The position numbers and the translations under genes are program-made. DNA of 26,812 bases from Albugo candida (Eukaryota). The stretch's first letter is position 1, and the number at the start of each line of letters is the position of its first letter. Shown here in pieces: positions 1-11,092 of this stretch. Location of the stretch: assembly GCA_040437565.1 (NCBI GenBank), contig JBDOQK010000049.1:248001-274812 (forward strand), read 5' to 3'. The notes beneath the pieces are model-generated. The model did not search any database and was not told where the DNA came from. It saw only the letters and a program-made list of their open reading frames with translations.

Positions 1-1026
1 TGCAAGGTCGACGATATCACGGATGTAATCAAGGTTATCGGAGCTGATGGTGACACGAACCAGTGTCCAATAATGCCATTCCAGCTAGAGCATCAATCTT
101 CCAGTAATATTCTTGCAATTGTGGCTGCTGTTCAAAACTTTGTTCAAGAAGAGCTCGATGCGTTGGAACGTCATCTCAAAGATCTGCAACAACAAATGCG
201 GCACCAATGGAGTCTCTCATGGAAAATATTGGATTCAGAGTGCATGGAAAAAATTAATGAAATCTTAGCTTCTTTTCAGCTGAATGATATGGCTCCAATT
301 CTCGATTCATCACCCTCGTGGAGCTATCTTCCTCACCGCATGTTCCACATTGTCACCATCCTTGTACCTTTTGTCTTGGTGGATTTCAATAAATTCGCAA
401 TATCATCCAAGACACTCCGACTGTGCCGACGGGTTCTCAAGCTACTGACCAAATTCATCCAAATTCGTATTCGATCAAAAGTATCAGAGTTGCCTCCCAT
501 CATCCAGCAATTATTTTGTGTCACCGGGGCTCAATTTTCACCGGCATTGCTTGAGTACATTGCGTGCATATACGATGAAACAAAGGAAAGTAACAGCGGT
601 AACGATGTGAAGAAAGCGAAGAAGAGGTCTGGAGAAGCGCTCAAACCACGCAGTGCAGTACCGATGCAATCACGGGTGATTCCTGAAGTCATTTTCGCAT
701 TGGAGCAATTTGACACCGCTTTGATACGGCTGTCACGATTGTGCAAGGGTGTAGACTTCTCGATATGGTGTCGATTGAGGCAATCGCGCGATTTTCGCTT
801 GAATCGCGATCGTATCCGGGCTTTTTTCGGGCACGATGAACCCGAGCCGGAATCAAGTATTATACAAAAAAGAAGACGTTCCAATGAGGTTGGGAGTTCT
901 TTGAATGGAGGGAGAGACGCTCTATCTGATGTAACGATTGCATCAGACGCAGAAAGCGCGAGGGAAGAGGAAGAAGAGCTTGAAAAGACTCAACGGCAGA
1001 TAGAATCGAATGAGGAATCTTCATAA
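1..1026 (+). CDS. FANCI: Fanconi anemia group I protein homologue, C-terminal part (5' truncated by window edge)
   Basis: The frame is open from base 1 to TAA at 1024-1026. The segment IPEVIFALEQFDTALIRLSRLCKGVDFSIWCRLRQSRDFRLN resembles the conserved FANCI C-terminal motif (IPxLIFxIEQ(Y/F)E..L..LS.....L......SRDF(K/R)I) as I recall it. An acidic/basic tail follows. Confidence 0.8.
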   Translation, partial: CKVDDITDVIKVIGADGDTNQCPIMPFQLEHQSSSNILAIVAAVQNFVQEELDALERHLKDLQQQMRHQWSLSWKILDSECMEKINEILASFQLNDMAPILDSSPSWSYLPHRMFHIVTILVPFVLVDFNKFAISSKTLRLCRRVLKLLTKFIQIRIRSKVSELPPIIQQLFCVTGAQFSPALLEYIACIYDETKESNSGNDVKKAKKRSGEALKPRSAVPMQSRVIPEVIFALEQFDTALIRLSRLCKGVDFSIWCRLRQSRDFRLNRDRIRAFFGHDEPEPESSIIQKRRRSNEVGSSLNGGRDALSDVTIASDAESAREEEEELEKTQRQIESNEESS

Positions 1027-1236
1027 ACATTTATCGATTACAACCAATAAGAAATCAGTAGAACAAAACCAATCATTTGACGAAATCAGTNNNNNNNNNN
1101 NNNNNNNNNNNNNNNNNNNNNNNNNNNNNNNNNNNNNNNNNNNNNNNNNNNNNNNNNNNNNNNNNNNNNNNNNNNNNNNNNNNNNNNNNNAACAAAACCA
1201 ATCATTTAACGAAATCAGTAGCTTTTAGCATCCGGA

Positions 1237-4200
1237 ATGAGCGATTCTAGCACAAAGACGACAATATTTGTGCGCAATTTACCATTCCAAATCACATCAA
1301 AGGAGCTCGAAGATCTGTTCAGCCAAATTGGACCTGTGAAAAAGGTTGATTTGATCAAAAATAAAGGAAAAGCAAAGGACGACACCCTTACTCGAGGATT
1401 CGCATTTGTGAGATTGTAAGAACGGATTTGCATGCAGTAATTGTGTCAACTGAACGTATTCTTAGTGCATTAGAAAGCGATGCGTCACTCGCCATCGAGA
1501 AAATGAATAAGTCCGAATTTCAAGGCCGAAAGCTATGTATTGGTGCGTNNNNNNNNNNNNNNNNNNNNNNNNNNNNNNNNNNNNNNNNNNNNNNNNNNNN
1601 NNNNNNNNNNNNNNNNNNNNNNNNNNNNNNNNNNNNNNNNNNNNNNNNTTTGTGAGATTGTAAGAACGGATTTGCATGCAGTAATTGTGTCAACTGAACG
1701 TATTCTTAGTGCATTAGAAAGCGATGCGTCACTCGCCATCGAGAAAATGAATAAGTCCGAATTTCAAGGCCGAAAGCTATGTATTGGTGCGTCAATAATA
1801 TGATCCGGTAGCCCGTCTCCTACACAAATTCACTGACATCAGTACATGACATGCTATAGATCGATGTAAATCCAAAGACGGTACACTCGTTGCTCCGAAG
1901 ATGGAGGAAAAGTCTTGTGAAATTGATGTGGCGGATAAAACAAAATCAGAGTCAAAAGATATCGATTGTGTACCCACAAAGACAAAACAAAGCGAACGTA
2001 ATGCACGTCGTCGACAACATCGTCAGTTTTTAAGACAAGTGGAAGAAAACAAAGAACTGAAAGCCTCGATTGAAGACAGATCAATTGCTATTTACGGCTT
2101 TAGCGATAAGATTACAGACAAAATCCTATGGAAACGTATCAGAAAGGTTAGCAAACATGTTGACAAATTAGAGATGAAAGAATATATGCAAAGAAAAAAA
2201 GAGAACAAAATGTATGCGACACTGGCGTTCAAAATGACAAAGGAAGTGCCGATTGCTGTCAAGAAATTAGATCAACATATTTTGAAGGGGGAAAAACTCT
2301 ATGTGAAACCACTTGGAGACTTTCTTGATGCATTGAAAGAGAGAAAGGATGGACTTCGATTGATCATACGCAACCTTTCCTTCCAAGCCACCGATGAAGA
2401 CTTGCAACGAGTGTTCAGTCAATTCGGAGCTATATTCGAGGCACATGTAGTGCGTCTTCCAGTCGATTCTGTTGCTGCGGGCGATACAGCTACTAAAGAG
2501 GGAAGTCTACCAATTTTGGGAAGGAGCCGAGGATTTGGGTTTGTTCAGTTCAATGAAAGTTCGGCTGCGGCATCAGCTGTAAAAGCGTTAAACGGGCATA
2601 AACTAAAAGGGCGTGAAATTGTGGTNNNNNNNNNNNNNNNNNNNNNNNNNNNNNNNNNNNNNNNNNNNNNNNNNNNNNNNNNNNNNNNNNNNNNNNNNNN
2701 NNNNNNNNNNNNNNNNNNNNNNNNNTGCGTCTTCCAGTCGATTCTGTTGCTGCGGGCGATACAGCTACTAAAGAGGGAAGTCTACCAATTTTGGGAAGGA
2801 GCCGAGGATTTGGGTTTGTTCAGTTCAATGAAAGTTCGGCTGCGGCATCAGCTGTAAAAGCGTTAAACGGGCATAAACTAAAAGGGCGTGAAATTGTGGT
2901 GGATTTTGCTGTTCCTAAAACTGACTATCTAAAACAGAATGAGGAGAGTGTCAAAAAGAGTGTCGACGCTGTGATAGATGATGCTGAGGCTGGCACTGAC
3001 GCAGAATCGCTAGCTGATGCAGAGATAGACGCTGACGTGGAAACTGAGCTTCAAGATGAAGACATGGCTGACATTTCAGCAGATAGTGNNNNNNNNNNNN
3101 NNNNNNNNNNNNNNNNNNNNNNNNNNNNNNNNNNNNNNNNNNNNNNNNNNNNNNNNNNNNNNNNNNNNNNNNNNNNNNNNNNNNNNNNAGTGTCAAAAAG
3201 AGTGTCGACGCTGTGATAGATGATGCTGAGGCTGGCACTGACGCAGAATCGCTAGCTGATGCAGAGATAGACGCTGACGTGGAAACTGAGCTTCAAGATG
3301 AAGACATGGCTGACATTTCAGCTGATAGTGATGAAGATAAAGTTGAATCCGATTTCGCAAATGAAGAGGGGGACAGTGAAGACGATACTGCCGTAAGCGA
3401 CATGAATGAAGCCACGACGGAAATCGAAGAGAAATCTCGAACAGGAAATCCGGACACGAATGAGCAACTTGAGCGAACATTATTCCTTCGAAACGTATCA
3501 TTCCAAACAACAAATGAAGGACTAAAGACTTTTTTTCAGACATTCGGCTGTGTAGAGTATACGCGAATAGTATACGATACAAACTCTAGATTGTCCAAGG
3601 GCGTTGCTTTCGTTCGGTTCAAGGACATTGAACCTGTCAATTATCTACTGGATCGAGCTCATGCTATTCAGAATCTTCTTCAAAATACTCAAGAAGATCT
3701 CGCTGGTCGAAATGCCACAACGTCCAAGAACGAACATGGTATGACGAATGTGTATACCGCCAGTGCTCTATCCGATGGTTCCGCGCTGATACTAGACGGA
3801 CGGATACTCAATTTGGCAAGAGCCGTTCGGAAAGAGGAAGCAGTTGAATTGGCCAGCGTTACACCTGCCAGCACTAAGTCGGGAAAAGACAAACGGAACT
3901 TGTACTTGGCCTATGAAGGAACCATCAACGTTAACAAGATCTCGACCGACCAGTTGATGCTTCCAAAACTCGATATTGAAAAACGACGGCGCGCATTGAA
4001 AGAGAAGAAGGAAAAGCTCAAAAATCCGATGTATTTTATATCTCCAGTCCGACTTTCTTTCCGAAATCTTGCATCACACGTCGATGACACGATTCTGAAA
4101 AAACTCGTACGAGATGCTGCTGTCACTGGAATGGGACATAATCTGGTTCAAAAGAAGGAAATCAAAGCAGAATTTCAGCTTCCATTGCAGGACAAATCAA

Positions 4201-4904
4201 AGATTCCTGTCAAAGTGCGGATGGCCAAAGTGATTCGTGACCAAACTTCCGTCCGTCCTGGTAAAATTGCTCGCTCTCGTGGATACGGATTTGCAGAATT
4301 CGCCCATCATGTTCATGCGTTGTGTGCATTGCGAGAACTGAATAACAATCCAAAGTACTCTTCATTTGCTGCAGGAAATCGGTCAAATTCTGTGGCAGAA
4401 CATGAGAAATCGCGGCTTATCATTGAATTTGCAATAGAGAACCATACGAAGCTCAAGTTACGAGAGAAGAAGCAAAAGGACCAACAAAAGAAAATGGCGA
4501 CGGACAAATTACTAAAGCAAAATCAAGAAGCTGTACTTCAAACAGAGTCGACAAAAAGTGAGACCAAAAAATGCAATCGTGGCGCTCGACAACGCAAACG
4601 GAAGCGGGAATCGGAATTGGAATCTCATGGAAAACCCGATGAGAGGATGAAGGAACACCACACAATTGATAAAGCTGAACTTGCAACGACAAAGTTGAGA
4701 CGAAAGACGGATTCAAGTGTCGAAGGTCACCACAAGTTAAAGAAACAGAGACGTATCGCCCCCAATATGACCTCATCTTCTCGCAAAGCAAGAAAACAGC
4801 TGGCCAGCACTGAGAAGGAGCGTTCATTCGATACAGTTGTGGCTGAATACAAAAATGCCATTTTCGGACGCGCACCAAAAGTAGAGGAACGGTGGTTCAA
4901 GTAA
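1237..4904 (+). CDS. NOP4: Nucleolar multi-RRM RNA-binding protein, RBM28/Nop4-like (60S biogenesis); spliced and interrupted by three gap-associated duplications
   Basis: RRM motifs: TIFVRNLPF...RGFAFVRF; LIIRNLSF...SRGFGFVQF; TLFLRNVSF...SKGVAFVRF; LSFRNL...SRGYGFAEF..H.HALCALRELNNNP...RLIIEFAIEN. Also an acidic linker and the Nop4-typical DKRNLYLAYEG and KLKNPMYFISPVRLS. Predicted introns are 1416-1465 (GTAAGA..TTAG) and 1787-1859 (GTGCGT..ATAG, in the second copy of the duplicated exon); both restore the frame. Stop at 4902-4904. Confidence 0.88.
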
Positions 4905-5237
4905 ACTCACGTGGAAGATTTGCATTCTGTCTATCTCTGACTCTAGTCTACTTAGCTCACTTCACAATGATATTAAACACGTTCTTATGTATGTAATTGA
5001 GACCTTTGCCCCAATTACTCCCTTCACATGGATCAAACTTGCCTCAGTAAGCTTAAGATGCTCATTCTGACGAGAATGATTATCACAAATTAAGTATGTG
5101 TCACTTCAGGTTCTCCTGTTTGCTTTCCCAAATTTATGTTCCAGACGCAAAAAGTCAATAGAAAAAGGATTGGTGCTCGTAGCAGGAGATATTAACGAAT
5201 CAAAACACTCAATAAATTGCACAAGAGCACCACGAAT

Positions 5238-5672
5238 ATGACGTCTACGGGAATTGCTGTCGGTAAGAACAAAGGGTACCCAGTCACAAAGAGACAAGTA
5301 CCGGCTCGACCTGCTTCCAAGAAAGGGGTGAGTTATTTTTTTATCGTCTGATACTTCCAATACTAAGACAAATGTAGCGATGCGGGAAAAAAACCAAGCT
5401 AGTGCGTCAAATCGTGCGTGAAGTGGTCGGATTAATGCCTTATGAGAAACGTATTTTGGACATGATCAAGTCCGGCGGATCCTCTGCTGAGAAACGCATT
5501 TATAAGTTCTCCAAAAAGAGAGTACGTGATGTGATATACACATAATTGTTATTGGAATGAGAAGTAATGTTTGTGTTTCGCGCAGCTTGGAACACATCGT
5601 CGGGCTTTACAAAAACGTGAAGAAATGAAAGCGTACTATGCTGCACAACGTGCCAAGCAAATGGGCGCCTAA
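5238..5672 (+). CDS. RPL36: 60S ribosomal protein L36 (eL36), 3 exons: 5238-5327, 5378-5521, 5586-5672; 106 aa
   Basis: Not in the ORF track. Manual splicing at GTGAGT..GTAG (5328-5377) and GTACGT..GCAG (5522-5585) gives MTSTGIAVGKNKGYPVTKRQVPARPASKKGRCGKKTKLVRQIVREVVGLMPYEKRILDMIKSGGSSAEKRIYKFSKKRLGTHRRALQKREEMKAYYAAQRAKQMGA*. This contains the eL36 motifs REVxGxxPYEKR and KKRLGTHxRA. Confidence 0.96.
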
Positions 5673-6403
5673 GGAGTAGACGTGCTGTTTTGAGGAGAGA
5701 CAAAGGCAAATCTAAGAATTTGCATGTAAATTTCATCTCGATCAGTAGCAATATAATTCGACCATCCCGTATACAAGTTCATTCTTTGATTTGAGTACAT
5801 CTCAGCGTCCTCGGTCATGCGCGGAAATGATAAGCATTCCTCAGTTCCTTCGATTTCGTCGTTAATCAAACCGAATTCTGGGCAATATTCCGTAGCGACT
5901 ATTAGTAGTTGCGTACTCGATCATCTTGCCGCAAGAAATCCGTACACACATTACTAAACGAGGCTGCTGATTCATTCTCTTCGTTCAAGATTGCGATGTT
6001 CTATTTAAATCGGTGCTCAAAGGTTTCAAATCATTCAGCGTGTTTGCTTCCTCAGTTCTTTAGAGCCCAAGCGTTCACATATAACTGTTCTTTATGAAAC
6101 ACATAATTTTGCATTCAATAAAGATAAACATCAATTTGTCCAGCTACTAACCTTATGCCACAGTATTTACTCTAATGAACTACAAAAGCACTCTAGAAAG
6201 GTACAGCGAGACGATTAGAAATCGTTTCGTTTCACGTGTTTTGCAGTCTTTCGTCATTTTACAAACTCGACGTTGTTGTTTCTTCCGCTGCGACTCCTCG
6301 ATGATTTCAGATTTTGGCATGATTCCTTCCTCTATTTCTGGCTCGTCTATACGTTAGATAATCAGGGTGAGAAAAATACTACATCGCTGAGGGGCAATCG
6401 GAC

Positions 6404-8174
6404 ATGACACTCCGTCACGTGATGATTTTTCATCGACATGGAGATCGAACTCCGCTTGTTCAGGAAGTAGCACCTCTTATGCGCATGTCTGCAAGCGAAG
6501 TGGAATGGTGGAGTACACGAATCGCAACTCCCGAAGAGCTCGATAAACTCAGTGCTACAAGCGACGTTGTCGGCCAAGAGGAACACATTCCGATGTATGA
6601 AGTGCTCAACGAAGGGGGAATGCATCCTTTGGGCCAACTAACCTCGAAAGGTGTAGCAGAAATGCGACTGGAAGGTGTGAAATTTCGCAATTTGTACTAC
6701 GAAAAACTGTTNNNNNNNNNNNNNNNNNNNNNNNNNNNNNNNNNNNNNNNNNNNNNNNNNNNNNNNNNNNNNNNNNNNNNNNNNNNNNNNNNNNNNNNNN
6801 NNNNNNNNNNNGCAATCGGACATGACACTCCGTCACGTGATGATTTTTCATCGACATGGAGATCGAACTCCGCTTGTTCAGGAAGTAGCACCTCTTATGC
6901 GCATGTCTGCAAGCGAAGTGGAATGGTGGAGTACACGAATCGCAACTCCCGAAGAGCTCGATAAACTCAGTGCTACAAGCGACGTTGTCGGCCAAGAGGA
7001 ACACATTCCGATGTATGAAGTGCTCAACGAAGGGGGAATGCATCCTTTGGGCCAACTAACCTCGAAAGGTGTAGCAGAAATGCGACTGGAAGGTGTGAAA
7101 TTTCGCAATTTGTACTACGAAAAACTGTTTAGTCGAAATAATGGCAAGAGGAGCAAACTGAAAAGCGAGAAATTGAACCATTCAGATTTGTTGTATGTGA
7201 TGTCAACGAATGTACGACGGACTGTACATTCCGTGCAGGCATTTCTCGGTGGGTTTTTCCAAATAGAATCGGACGTGCATGTTGAGGGTGGAAAAGAGTC
7301 TCACGATATCATGCCGTCAAGTTGCTGGTCTATCTATGCTAAAAGTTGGTCTAAAGCTAAAGGTCAGACTGAAAGCAAGCGGTTTCTAATTCGGACACAT
7401 GAGAAAAATTGCCTTGCACCCTCACACTCACTTCGTGTGTTTTTTGATTTGGAGAGCGTTCTTGAAGAAGAATTGAAGCTATTGGATCAAGCGAGGCAAG
7501 AAAAGGTGATTGACTTGGGTCAGAAACTTCGCCAAGCTCTCAAATTACCAGCGGAGGAGCACATTCCATGGACATTGAGTGAGTAACTACCAATCGTTCT
7601 GTACTTGAACATCCATTCATGTAAACTCGGTCTGATAGTTCGCGATACATTGTCTTGTCAAAGACATCATGGTTTGGACTTTCCTGAAGGAATCACACAA
7701 GAAATGTACATGGAACTGGTCGAGTACGATGCGTGGCTCTGGCATCGGTTGTATTCAAAACGATCATTCGCGTCGCCTGCTATGAAGGAAGCTGTGGCAT
7801 TTTTATCATCTCACATTGAATCAATCATTTTTCGGCTCAGGTGTGATTCAAAATTCTCGCTTTTTAGTCACAAAAGAAGGGGTCCGAAGATGTCTGTATT
7901 TTCCGTACATGACAACTCGATTGTAGCGCTGATAAATTCCTTTCAGATTCGAACAGGAGACATCTTACCTGATTATGGAGCGACCTTGGTATTTGAGATC
8001 CACGAAATACGTAAAAAACATTTTTATGTCAGGGTTTTATATGACAATCGCGAATGCCAGATTTTAGAGGCCGATAGTGCTCTTGGGTGTCCATACGATC
8101 ACTTGTTGAAGCGAGCTGCTGAATTCATAAACGATCCAAAAGAGTCGGACGAAAGGGTCGAGCCTTATTCATAA
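6404..8174 (+). CDS. Histidine acid phosphatase (branch 2; ACP6/lysosomal acid phosphatase-like). The 5' part appears twice across a gap; the complete copy is 6822-7578 + 7639-8174
   Basis: Catalytic RHGDRTP motif, GQLTxKG, STNVRRTVHS and HD motif (SVHDNSIVAL), then PDYGATLVFE. Intron 7579-7638 (GTGAGT..ATAG, 60 nt) removes the in-frame stop at 7584-7586. Confidence 0.9.
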
Positions 8175-10038
8175 TGCTTCTAATAATCATTAAGTGTGTA
8201 TTGTGGAGCAAGGCCTTATTAAAAGCTGTCTGTGGTGATCGATACGAATTGATGTCTCGACTTGAATCAGAATGTTNNNNNNNNNNNNNNNNNNNNNNNN
8301 NNNNNNNNNNNNNNNNNNNNNNNNNNNNNNNNNNNNNNNNNNNNNNNNNNNNNNNNNNNNNNNNNNNNNNNNNNNNAAACATTTATGCTTATCAGAATAT
8401 ATATTCAAGAGAAAAGCCTTATCGAAAAAAAACTCATCAACAAAATGGCTTGGCTACCGCTCGTACATACCGATATAAGCTCCATGCAAACGCTCGAGCT
8501 TCAAAATGAAGCCTTTAAATATTATGTTCTATCACTTTGATACGTGGAAGCTTTACAATTTTGATCACTGTTGCGATATTATTTGCAGCCGCCCAAGGTC
8601 GCAGATTTCCTTAGACTGGCATAATCTCCACAAATGCTTCTAGTGTGAAAACAGTACAATCAGACTGTTTGCAAATTGATTTTCTGCTGACGTCCAGAAC
8701 AAACTGCTCGTATCCACAACAAAGATATCCTCCAGTAGACTTGCAGGACCGAGCTATATGCCTTACACATATTGGCGGACCTATTTTTCATCAGTATAGG
8801 TTTTAGTCTGGAATCTACATGGTGGAGCTCTTATATACAGTGCTTGGAACCTTTTACTTATATCGGCACGTATGCATTTACACCAAGACACTTTATTTGA
8901 AGGTGGTCGAAGCAAAGTTGTATGTCACGTACAGTGAAGGTTTGGCTGTTTGTTGCGGTGAACAACGCATTTTTGTAGTATCTCACCCCGCTGAATGCGT
9001 GTCGGAAGAGTGTGATGGTCAGAATTATGGATTGGAGAAATTAGGTAGCATTGGGCTGTTTGTATTTGAGATGAAATCAAGAAATGAGAGCAGTCGATGG
9101 ACAGGTTCACCACTGTTTTCATCAGTGGCTAGGATGTCAATTTTCGGGCATATATTGGACTAAATGATGGAGCTATTCGCTGAGGGTATTGAAAATCACT
9201 ATTTTAAGAGCATAACAAAAGCTGAATGAAAGCACCCACCGTGTTTGCACGTAATTAGAGGGTATCATTGTCAAGATCTTTGAAGATGCATTTGCGAGGC
9301 GTGTATGGATCAGTCACTTCGATTGGCCGTGAAACAGGACGGGATGAAAAACATGGATACGGCATTGCTTGACTGATCACCCCGCTGCTTTCAAGCGCGC
9401 ACATGAAAATGCATCTCGAATAAAATATATGGCGGGGATTGTATCTACTGCTCAAGGCAATCAAACTTAACTGGTTTTCGAAGATTGGATTATCTGGTAC
9501 GGGCAGCTGTCTAAATGGAACGATGGGACTCATGGCCTTACGAGCCAGGCACGAAGTCGACATGTTGTTAGTGAAGTAGGACACATAAAAGCTCAGGTCA
9601 AGCTTTGATGGAAGTCATGTAATCCTGATTCGCTGAATCTTGCGTCTACGCAGCGAAGCTACTTTGCGAAAGTCGCATCTATATAGACAAAAGTATGATA
9701 TGCTCTCCTATCATCACTCGTATCCCCTTACGATAGAAGCTACTTCTGGTGCTCATTAGGTTCATTTTTGGCTGCACTATGTATCAGAAACGATGATCGG
9801 AAGAGCTCATCAGCGGGGGTATATGCGAATAACACATATCTGAACAAGAAATTACCATCATATCCTTATTCAGATCCATCGATAGACAGGTATACAATTG
9901 ATAAACGCATGAGGAGATGAAAGTATCGTACGAATTCGATGACTTGTTACAACTGTCCGGATTCTTACGAGCAACGTACACAAAATGCATCTTTATTCCT
10001 TATTTACCTATTCACGTAAAAAATGTAAACAGTACATC

Positions 10039-10980
10039 TCAGTCTTCTGCGGACTTGTGTTTCTCTTTCTTCTCGGCTGATTTATCGTTTTCTGTCTTCT
10101 TTTTGGATTTCTTCGATTTCCCCCCCTTCTTTTTTGACTCAATGTTGTCATCATGATCCTCCTTGTGAGATCTGCCTTTCTGACCGCCCGCTGATTTTAC
10201 TTTCCCAGCCCCACCTCCCTTTCCTTTTTCACCCCCGCCTCCCTTTCCTTTCTCACCCCCGCCTCGATTTTCGTTGTCACCCCCGCCCCCCTTTCCCGTC
10301 TTACCATCGTCTTTGTCTCTGATCGGGCAGTACTTTTTATCTTCATCGGAGTATCCTGTGCCACCATTGACATTGTCCACGTTATAGTAGTAAATGTAAG
10401 CTTGGCCACCACCCTCATCTTTAGCTTGTGTTGATAGCCAATATAACTGGAACGTTTTCGCCTTAGTACATAGCTTCGTATTGTTCAATTTAACTTTAGC
10501 CACGCCCTTGTTTCCAGGATTGTTATAGATCCGAAAATCATCAACGTGCATGATTCGGATAGCATCGCAATAAGCCTCCATAGGCCCTTGATGTCTGACA
10601 CCTTCGACTTTTTTTGAATTCATTCTATTTTTCCCGAAGTAAATTACATTTGGGAGCTTGATAGCTGGAGCAGTTTTGAGACAATACCCCGTATTTAAAT
10701 CTGCACCCTTCTCCGGTTTACCAAACTTTAGAACCATGTCTTTCAAACTGAGTTTATCCGGGTTCCATACAGAAATAAACATATCGTAGGTTTTCCGTGA
10801 ACTGGTTCTCGGGAATTTCTTGCCTGGGAAGACTTTGTCAAAATCAAGACGAGCTGCAAAAATATTGTTTTTGTTCTTATCTGCCCGCAAACAGTCTGGA
10901 CATACCATATGGCCGTGGCTTTGTGCAACGCTGACCAGGTCTGACAGGAGAAGAATGCAAAAGGTAAGTTTGAGTGCCAT
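10039..10980 (-). CDS. Secreted AA17-like copper LPMO (divergent) with Gly/Lys-rich basic tail; 313 aa
   Basis: ATG at 10980 (the ORF-track start at 11109 is a TTG). A 21-aa signal peptide MALKLTFCILLLSDLVSVAQS ends just before HG, making His the predicted mature residue 1. GVRHQGPMEAYCD matches the AA17 HxGPCExWxD motif, and FQLYWLSTQ...QAYIY matches LxFYWLA...WQxY. The family assignment is from recalled motifs, not a database search. Confidence 0.78.
   Translation of the reverse strand: MALKLTFCILLLSDLVSVAQSHGHMVCPDCLRADKNKNNIFAARLDFDKVFPGKKFPRTSSRKTYDMFISVWNPDKLSLKDMVLKFGKPEKGADLNTGYCLKTAPAIKLPNVIYFGKNRMNSKKVEGVRHQGPMEAYCDAIRIMHVDDFRIYNNPGNKGVAKVKLNNTKLCTKAKTFQLYWLSTQAKDEGGGQAYIYYYNVDNVNGGTGYSDEDKKYCPIRDKDDGKTGKGGGGDNENRGGGEKGKGGGGEKGKGGGAGKVKSAGGQKGRSHKEDHDDNIESKKKGGKSKKSKKKTENDKSAEKKEKHKSAED
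10200..10262 (-). repeat. Short 24-nt coding tandem repeat (GGGEKGKG-type, ~2.5 units) in the tail of LPMO 1
   Basis: The translation RGGGEKGKGGGGEKGKGGGAGK corresponds to + strand ccccgcctccctttcctttytca units. Confidence 0.8.
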
Positions 10981-11047
10981 TGAGACTCGGTGTGCCAATT
11001 TAATAATGCCGAAACTCTTACAACTCGAATCAAAAAGCTCTCTTGGA

Positions 11048-11092
11048 GTGTAAAGACCGATCGCATGAAAGACACGAGTGCACCAACATGCG
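11048..11092 (-). promoter_or_regulatory. Conserved upstream block of LPMO 1, shared with LPMO 2 (putative core promoter or 5' UTR element)
   Basis: gtgtaaaga...gaaagacacgagtgcaccaacatgcg here versus gtgtaaaga...gaaaggacacgagtccacctacctgcg at 23206-23247. Both lie about 55-115 nt upstream of their ATG. Confidence 0.5.

Noticed and set aside
5669-5869. EECLSFP resembles the peptide deformylase EGCLS motif
   Set aside because: No GxGxAAxQ or HExxH motif was found nearby.
6404-6964. Apparent second histidine phosphatase gene
   Set aside because: It is identical to 6822-7129 across a 100-N gap, so it is an assembly overlap.
10870-10917. The CxxC after the signal peptide suggested Albugo CHxC/CCG effectors
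   Set aside because: Neither paralogue has CHxC or the CxxCxxxxxG glycine (CPDCLRADKN, CPACAQKDIK). His1 plus the downstream AA17-type motifs explain the proteins better.
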